Positions 28,391 to 34,964 of a stretch of DNA of 64,000 bases are shown here, in pieces. Each line of letters opens with the position of its first letter. Position 1 is the first letter of the stretch. The stretch comes from Campylobacterales bacterium. Lineage in GTDB: Bacteria; Campylobacterota; Campylobacteria; Campylobacterales; QNZT01. The position numbers and the translations under genes are program-made. Below the pieces are notes generated by a model. It saw nothing but the letters and a program-made list of their open reading frames with translations. It was not told the origin of the DNA and made no database searches. The stretch is from contig JAMONX010000060.1 of the NCBI GenBank assembly GCA_027066435.1, forward strand, positions 5,112 to 69,111, written 5' to 3'.

Positions 28391-30487
28391 CTATTCATCC
28401 AACATCCAATAGAGAAAACTAGGAATATCATTTATCCCTATATAGATATAATTATTTTTGCCTCTATAGTCATTTCGTTTTGTATATGTTATGCGTAGGA
28501 TGTTTAAAAAATCTAGATATACATTGTTACCAAAACCGATATTTTTGTCGATGGGGCTATCTAAATCCTGATATATTGACGCTCCAAGACCAAGTGTTAT
28601 CATATCTTTTTTTAATTCATAGTTTAAATTTATATCAGCTCTTAAAAAATGTTCTTGATTATTTTGATTTTGTATTACATAAGAGAGTGATGGTTTAACC
28701 TCAATCGCTTTTGGGATTAAAAAACTAAGAGAGTTATTATCAATATAGTAGTAGTTTTCATATCCAATAGAGAGAATATTTTTTGCATAAGAGAGTTCAT
28801 AAGGAAAATATTGTATCCATAGTTTTTTATTATTAATTGGTGCTGAGATTGGGTTGTAAGTATACCCACTTTTAGTTTTATAAAATGTTCCTGTAGTATA
28901 TGCCGCAATAGATGCAAATGGTTTTGTAAGGTTGTTTGAATTCTCTTTTTCAAGTGTTACGATACGCTGCACTATGCTTGAAAGGGGTCTTCTGTACCAG
29001 TTATCTGGATGCGAAAGAGTATGTTTTAGGTAACTATTGGTAGCTTTATAATTATATTTATTAAGTTTATTTATAAAAGTATAAAACTCTTCCATATTTT
29101 GAAAATTTAGATCTTTTATCGATTCAAATATTGCAAATAAATCATACTGTTTTAGATAATCTTTTTCTTCAAATCTATATCCAAATTCCTCAAAACTTAA
29201 AAGGTTAAGTATATATTTTGCTCTATCTGACTCTTTTGATAGCAGTTTATAGATACTTTTTCTTGCAACTTTTTGACATCTTTGATTTTTTAACTCATTA
29301 TCTGTTCTCTCACTGCAAAGATATTTTGTACTATCTATAATTGCATCATAAACACCTACATAATAGTCATATTGGCGAAAACCTTTATCTAAAAAGGCTC
29401 CAAAATGTTCTAAAAATTTACCTGTTATTGGAAAGTATCTTGAAGAGATTTGGATTTCTTTTTGAGTATTGCCAAACTCTTGAGCTAGTGTATTATAAAG
29501 GATACTAGATTCAGATGCACTATAGATATCTCCAATCAAATCTATAGCACTGTTGATTGGGCTTTGTGTTTGCTTCAATACTCTAAGAGATTTTTTTTGA
29601 TGCTCTTTTCGCATATGTTTTGGATCCATAAATATATAATTTTTTGCTCTATATTTTGAAAGCCTTATAGCAAAATCCAAAGGAACATTATCAAAAACAC
29701 CACCATCCAAAAAGAGAGCCTTTTCAAATTTTCCATGATGCAAATATTCAAGCTCCACCTGTTCAAAAGCAATTGGAAATGCACTAGATGCATAAAGTGC
29801 TTTTAAAACTTGCTCTTTTGAAGGATTACCTCCACTTGAGAGATGAATGATATTATCACGGGAGAGATCAAAATTATCTTCTATTTTTGCTTTTTTGGAG
29901 TCATCGACACTAAGATAAAGTGGTATATGAAACAGCTTATTGGAAATTTTAATATTTTGGATTTTAGAAATCTTTGGTTCAACTCTAGTAACTGCAAATC
30001 CAAATGCTATTTTGCATCCAGGCTCATAATATGGCTTATCAAGTGCTAAAAAAGCTTCTGTTGCTAATTTTTCAATTTTTGTTCTACTAAAAAGTGATGT
30101 TTGATTTGATGGGTCATCAGTCCCAAACTCTTTATCTATAAAAAGATCTTCAAAATCGATCTCAGTCCACATATGATAAAAAAGATTATCATCAATAAGA
30201 TTTTCACGATCTGCCATCTCTTGGCTTCTACACCAAGACAAAGAAGAGAGTAGGGCATTGATGGCTCCAGCAGATGCACCAGTAATTGAGTGCATCTGAA
30301 TATCTACTTTTTTCTCATGGTGCTTGAGGTGATTTAAATACTTTAAAAGCCCCCAATTATAACCAGCCTCATAAGCACCAAGAGAGATACCACCACTGAT
30401 AATCAACGAGAAATCCTTCTCTTTATCATATGCAAAAAGAGGAAAAGAGAACATAAACAGTATAAATGATAAAAATATTTTTTTCAT
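28391..30487 (-). CDS. Secreted patatin-like phospholipase with ~350-aa C-terminal extension
   Basis: Signal peptide (MKKIFLSFILFMFSFPLFA). Patatin motifs: glycine-rich GGISLGAYEAG, GASAG serine lipase motif and catalytic-Asp DGG. The C-terminal third is rich in alternating aromatic/polar beta-strand-like segments. Confidence 0.8.
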   Translation of the reverse strand: MKKIFLSFILFMFSFPLFAYDKEKDFSLIISGGISLGAYEAGYNWGLLKYLNHLKHHEKKVDIQMHSITGASAGAINALLSSLSWCRSQEMADRENLIDDNLFYHMWTEIDFEDLFIDKEFGTDDPSNQTSLFSRTKIEKLATEAFLALDKPYYEPGCKIAFGFAVTRVEPKISKIQNIKISNKLFHIPLYLSVDDSKKAKIEDNFDLSRDNIIHLSSGGNPSKEQVLKALYASSAFPIAFEQVELEYLHHGKFEKALFLDGGVFDNVPLDFAIRLSKYRAKNYIFMDPKHMRKEHQKKSLRVLKQTQSPINSAIDLIGDIYSASESSILYNTLAQEFGNTQKEIQISSRYFPITGKFLEHFGAFLDKGFRQYDYYVGVYDAIIDSTKYLCSERTDNELKNQRCQKVARKSIYKLLSKESDRAKYILNLLSFEEFGYRFEEKDYLKQYDLFAIFESIKDLNFQNMEEFYTFINKLNKYNYKATNSYLKHTLSHPDNWYRRPLSSIVQRIVTLEKENSNNLTKPFASIAAYTTGTFYKTKSGYTYNPISAPINNKKLWIQYFPYELSYAKNILSIGYENYYYIDNNSLSFLIPKAIEVKPSLSYVIQNQNNQEHFLRADINLNYELKKDMITLGLGASIYQDLDSPIDKNIGFGNNVYLDFLNILRITYTKRNDYRGKNNYIYIGINDIPSFLYWMLDE

Positions 30488-30612
30488 AAGATTAAGTATA
30501 GCAAATATTATTAATATAATTAGCTTTTATGTGAGACTAAAGTCACACTTTTTAGGTAATTTAAATTAAATCTTATATAATACTAATAATTAAAATTATT
30601 CAAGGTTATTAA

Positions 30613-32328
30613 ATGAATCACTCTTTTGGTTTCGATGCTTATGTTTCTAGTATATCAAACCAAATTAGAGCAAATTTTCAAAAGATAGACCGTGCTTTTG
30701 ATGATTGTAAAATTTCAAAAGATGAAAAGCCCCAAGCTATTCTTAAATCAAGTAAGCTTATTCAAATGGCTCATGATTGTAGTCAATATCGTAAAATCGA
30801 TCCTTTGAGCATCGGTATTTTTGGTGAGTGGGGAAGTGGTAAGACAAAACTTCTTCGAGGGATAGAAAACCATTTCTTTGTGGATGAAAAAATAATCCCT
30901 ATATTTTTCAATGCTTGGCGTTATGAAAAAGATGAACATATCATCATACCTCTTTTTAAAACAGTTCTTCATCAGCTAAAAAAAGATAAAGATAAAACTC
31001 TGTATGAGAACTTTAGAATACTTACTTTTTCACTTTTGAGTGGTTTCAGTGCTGAATTTTTGGGATTGAAGTTTGATGCAAATAGTGTGATATCAAGATT
31101 GTTTGAGATGCAAAAAGATGAAGAAATTGATGAACTTGATTTGATGGAGCGTATAGAGTCTGTATATTTTAATATACCTCAAAAATTAGAGGAACTTACA
31201 CTCGAACATGAAGTAAGATTTGTTTTTCTCATAGATGATCTTGATCGTTGTTTGCCTGAAAATACTTTGAAGATGCTAGAGAGTATCAAACTGTTTTTAG
31301 ATATTCCTGGATGTGCATTTGTTTTGGCTATAGATGACGATATCGTTGAGAGAGGAGTGGAGCATCATTACAAAGATTATATCAAAAATGAAATCCATAT
31401 AAATAATGGCAAAAAAGAGGAGCCGACCGAAAAATCTCCTGTACAAAATATTCCCATAACAGGAAGTGAATATCTTGAAAAGATGATACAACTGCCTTTT
31501 GCACTTCCCATACTTCATAAAAGTGATGTTGAAACATTTTTAAGAGAAAATTATCGTGAAATTTTTGAGACAATGATAAAACATGAGTTAAGAGAACAAG
31601 AGAGAAAATCATTTGATGAACAGTTTTTAAAACTATTTACAAAGATAATTCCGCCAATTCCTAGAAAATTGATTCGTACTATTGAAGTTTTTAAACTTAA
31701 ATCTGAACTTATAGATATAGATAAAAATGATTTGTTAAAGTTAATTGCTTTAGAGCTTTTTGCCCCATCTCTCTTTAGGCTTACAAAACAAAACTTCCCA
31801 AAACAAAATATCTTTAATATACTCAATGGTTGGATGGAGAAAGTAACGATATATGAGTTTGAAAAAATTGAAGAAAATATTATAGGCAAATCTTCAAGTG
31901 AGATGATAAAAAGATTGTATAGTGATATACTTTTTATCCTAAAAAAAGAGGATTTAAGTCGTGTGAAGTTTGATATGGATACAGTTTTTCAAAAACCTAT
32001 CTCAAAAAACTCGATAGAGAGATATCTCTACCTAGACAATAAAATCTCCCAAACAACTTATAATAAAAATAGTATCTCTCCACTCGCTTCAAGTAAACTA
32101 GAAAATCTTTTAAAATCCTTGGCAAGTGACGATGAAAAAGAGTGGCAAATAGCACTAAATGAGCTTGAAGGTGGAGTTTTAAGCTCTGTAGATGTGGATA
32201 AAATCATAGAGAAAGATATAGATATAACAAACTCTTGGCTTCAAACTATTGCTCCAAATTTAGATGAAGATGATTTTATAAAAGTCATCAAAGCATCAAA
32301 ACTATTAAAAGAGGTTGCAAATGAGTAA
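30613..32328 (+). CDS. KAP-family P-loop NTPase (soluble variant)
   Basis: Walker A in the KAP-typical form GIFGEWGSGKT. Walker B in the KAP-typical form VFLIDDLDRCLPE. About 125 residues lie between them, with no convincing TM insertion. 571 aa with a long helical C-terminal region. Confidence 0.85.
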   Translation: MNHSFGFDAYVSSISNQIRANFQKIDRAFDDCKISKDEKPQAILKSSKLIQMAHDCSQYRKIDPLSIGIFGEWGSGKTKLLRGIENHFFVDEKIIPIFFNAWRYEKDEHIIIPLFKTVLHQLKKDKDKTLYENFRILTFSLLSGFSAEFLGLKFDANSVISRLFEMQKDEEIDELDLMERIESVYFNIPQKLEELTLEHEVRFVFLIDDLDRCLPENTLKMLESIKLFLDIPGCAFVLAIDDDIVERGVEHHYKDYIKNEIHINNGKKEEPTEKSPVQNIPITGSEYLEKMIQLPFALPILHKSDVETFLRENYREIFETMIKHELREQERKSFDEQFLKLFTKIIPPIPRKLIRTIEVFKLKSELIDIDKNDLLKLIALELFAPSLFRLTKQNFPKQNIFNILNGWMEKVTIYEFEKIEENIIGKSSSEMIKRLYSDILFILKKEDLSRVKFDMDTVFQKPISKNSIERYLYLDNKISQTTYNKNSISPLASSKLENLLKSLASDDEKEWQIALNELEGGVLSSVDVDKIIEKDIDITNSWLQTIAPNLDEDDFIKVIKASKLLKEVANE

Positions 32329-34450
32329 AGATAAAAAACTACAAGAGACAATCTCAATAATCACAAACAAAATCAACCCATTGCATAAAAAGGAGATAAG
32401 AGATTTAAAAGATTTAATATCTGTAGAAAAGTTGGAAAAAAAGCTAGACAAAAATGAAGGTTTAAATTTAAGAGGTACTAACTTAAATCCAAATGAGTTT
32501 AAAAATGCAGATATATCAAATAAAATAGATGGAGAGTTTACACTTCAAATCAACTATGCTTTAAATGATATTGTAAATGATATCGTATATCTTGATTGTG
32601 TAACAGTTGCAGTTGCAGGAAGTTGTGGTATCTACATTTATAATAGTTTGAAAAATGTAGTTTTATACTTTATTCCTATTATGGAAGGTGTAATAGCTAT
32701 TATCAAATTGGATGAAGAGAGAATCGCTTTTGGTGGAAGTGATAAAAAAGTAACAATTTTTAATTATAAAACAAAAAAGATATTACATGAACAACCAGTT
32801 TCTGACAATGTGGAAGCTATTATCAAATTGGATGAAGAGAGAATCGCTTTTGGTGGAAGTGATAAAAAAGTAACAATTTTTAATTATAAAACAAAAAAGA
32901 TATTACATGAACAACCAGTTTCTGATAATGTGGAAGCTATTAGCAAATTGGATGAAGAGAGGATTGCTTTTAGTGGAAGGGATAAAAAAGTAACAATTTT
33001 TAATTATAAAACAAAAAAGATATTACATGAACAACCAGTTTCTGACAATATGAATGCTATTATCAAATTGGATAAAGAGAGAATTGCTTTTGGTGGGTGG
33101 GATAAAAAAGTAACAATTTTTAATTATAAAACAAAAAAGATATTACATGAACAATCAGCCTCTAGCTCTGTGAATGCTATTATCAAATTGGATGAAGAGA
33201 GAATCGCTTTTGGTGGATGGGATGAAAAAGTAACAATTTTTAATTATAAAATAAAAAAGATATTACATGAACAACCAGTTTCTAACAATGTGAATGCTCT
33301 TACCAAATTGGACGAAGAGAGGATTGCTTTTGGTGGATGGGATGAAAAAGTAACAATTTTTAATTATAAAATAAAAAAGATATTACATAAACAACCAGTC
33401 TCTAGCTCTGTGTATGCTATTATCAAATTGGATGAAGAGAGAATTGCTTTTGGTGGAAATGGTAAAAAAGTAACAATTTTTAATTATAAAACAAGAAAGA
33501 TATTACATGAACAACCAGTTTCTGACAATGTGGAAGCTATTATCAAATTGGATGAAGAGAGGATTGCTTTTGGTGGAGATAAAAAAGTAACAATTTTTAA
33601 TTATAAAACAAAAAAGATATTACATGAACAACCAGTCTCTATCTATGTGCATGCTATTATCAAATTGGATGAAGAGAGAATTGCTTTTGGTGGGTGGGAT
33701 AAAAAAGTAACAATTTTTAATTATAAAACAAAAAAGATATTATATGAACAACCAGTCTCTATCTCTGTGAAAGCTATTACTAAATTGGATGAAGAGAGAA
33801 TTGCTTTTGGTGGAAATGGTAAAAAAGTAACAATTTTTAATTATAAAACAAAAAAGATATTACATGAACAACCAGTCTCTAGCTCTGTGGATGCTATTAT
33901 CAAATTGGATGAAGAGAGAATTGCTTTTGGTGGAAATGATAAAAAAGTAACAATTTTTAATTATAAAACAAAAAAGATATTATATGAACAACCAGTCTCT
34001 ATCTCTGTGAAAACTATTACTAAATTGGATGAAGAGAGAATTGCTTTTGGTGGGTGGGATAAAAAAGTAACAATTTTTAATTATAAAACAAAAAAGATAT
34101 TATATGAACAACCAGTTTCTGGCTTTGTGAATGCTATTATCAAATTGGATGAAGAGAGAATTGCTTTTGGTGAGTTTAATGGAAAAGTAACAATTCTTAA
34201 ATGGAAAGATAAAAAGAATATTATCTTAGAAGTAAAAAGTTTTGATGATGGAATTGTTTCAAGTTATGAGCCAACAGCAAATCAGCTAACACTTATAAAC
34301 ACAAAAGGAGACTTTACTCCAAACAACGACCCTATATTGTACCGCCATGCTTGGTATGTCAATAAATCAAATCGAATTGAACCATATTTTAAATTTCCAA
34401 ATAGATGGGAATTTGATGAAGAAGAGGCAAATAAAATAGTTTTAAGATAA
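32321..34450 (+). CDS. WD40-like beta-propeller repeat protein (13 near-identical + 1 degenerate 40-aa blades)
   Basis: The ATG at 32321 overlaps the KAP stop by 8 nt (ATGAGTAA), with SD AAGAGG 6 nt upstream. The TTG at 32315 is an alternative start. The repeat unit AIIKLDEERIAFGGxDKKVTIFNYKTKKILHEQPVSxxVx matches the WD40 pattern (His at the GH position, GGxD turn, hydrophobic strand ending in an aromatic). Confidence 0.85.
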   Translation: MSKDKKLQETISIITNKINPLHKKEIRDLKDLISVEKLEKKLDKNEGLNLRGTNLNPNEFKNADISNKIDGEFTLQINYALNDIVNDIVYLDCVTVAVAGSCGIYIYNSLKNVVLYFIPIMEGVIAIIKLDEERIAFGGSDKKVTIFNYKTKKILHEQPVSDNVEAIIKLDEERIAFGGSDKKVTIFNYKTKKILHEQPVSDNVEAISKLDEERIAFSGRDKKVTIFNYKTKKILHEQPVSDNMNAIIKLDKERIAFGGWDKKVTIFNYKTKKILHEQSASSSVNAIIKLDEERIAFGGWDEKVTIFNYKIKKILHEQPVSNNVNALTKLDEERIAFGGWDEKVTIFNYKIKKILHKQPVSSSVYAIIKLDEERIAFGGNGKKVTIFNYKTRKILHEQPVSDNVEAIIKLDEERIAFGGDKKVTIFNYKTKKILHEQPVSIYVHAIIKLDEERIAFGGWDKKVTIFNYKTKKILYEQPVSISVKAITKLDEERIAFGGNGKKVTIFNYKTKKILHEQPVSSSVDAIIKLDEERIAFGGNDKKVTIFNYKTKKILYEQPVSISVKTITKLDEERIAFGGWDKKVTIFNYKTKKILYEQPVSGFVNAIIKLDEERIAFGEFNGKVTILKWKDKKNIILEVKSFDDGIVSSYEPTANQLTLINTKGDFTPNNDPILYRHAWYVNKSNRIEPYFKFPNRWEFDEEEANKIVLR
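32696..34252 (+). repeat. In-frame 120-bp tandem repeat array, 13 units (one of 117 bp)
   Basis: Units start at 32696, 32816, 32936, 33056, 33176, 33296, 33416, 33536 (117 bp), 33653, 33773, 33893, 34013 and 34133. Units 1 and 2 differ at 1 of 120 nt. The last unit degenerates in its second half. A more divergent blade precedes the array at about 32576-32695. Confidence 0.95.
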
Positions 34451-34472
34451 AATATGGTAAAAGGTTTAATAA

Positions 34473-34964
34473 ATGAAAGAGTTATATCTCATAAGACATG
34501 CCAAATCAGACTGGAGCCAAGAAAAAAGCGATTTTGAACGAGGTTTAAACAAAAGAGGAAATAATGATGCACCTTTGATGGGTGAAGTTTTAAACTCTTT
34601 GGGTGTGATGCCCGATCTCATCATATCAAGCCCAGCAAAGAGAGCCATTTTAACTGCAAATATAATTAGCCAAAAGGTAGGATATGAGAAAGATAAAATC
34701 CAAAAAGAGGAGTCATTATATCTTGCATCTGAAGCTACATTTTATAAGTATACCAACAATATAAACGACAAACAAAACAAAGTTTTTATATTTTCTCACA
34801 ATCCTGGCATCACAGAGTTTGCTGAATCTTTAACAGATACTTTTATAGGCAATATCCCAACAACCGGCATCTGTCATATTTTATTAGATGTTGATAGTTG
34901 GGAAAATATAAGAGAGGGTGATGGAAAGCTTCTGTCTTTTGATTTTCCTAAAAATCATAAGTAA
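34473..34964 (+). CDS. Histidine phosphatase superfamily protein, SixA-like
   Basis: N-terminal RHAKS (RHG-type) motif and a second catalytic His in FIFSHNPGI. 163 aa. Lies 22 nt downstream of the WD40 gene. Confidence 0.7.
   Translation: MKELYLIRHAKSDWSQEKSDFERGLNKRGNNDAPLMGEVLNSLGVMPDLIISSPAKRAILTANIISQKVGYEKDKIQKEESLYLASEATFYKYTNNINDKQNKVFIFSHNPGITEFAESLTDTFIGNIPTTGICHILLDVDSWENIREGDGKLLSFDFPKNHK

Noticed and set aside
28391-30487. Patatin-like phospholipase as the missing effector of the KAP-WD40 module.
   Set aside because: It is on the opposite strand and has a clear N-terminal signal peptide, so it is probably an envelope or secreted enzyme. It is kept only as a low-priority hypothesis in the findings.
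30531-30553. Hairpin GTGAGACT-AA-AGTCACAC followed by TTTTT, upstream of the KAP gene, resembles an intrinsic terminator.
   Set aside because: No plus-strand gene ends upstream of it, because the patatin gene starts here and runs the other way. The stem has an internal A-A mismatch and only 7 bp. It could be a leader structure, but the evidence is too weak to call.
32696-34252. Regular 120-bp direct repeats might suggest a CRISPR-like or satellite array.
   Set aside because: The repeats are contiguous with no spacers. They lie in one long open reading frame, have a period divisible by 3, and encode a coherent 40-aa WD40-like unit. This is a coding tandem repeat.
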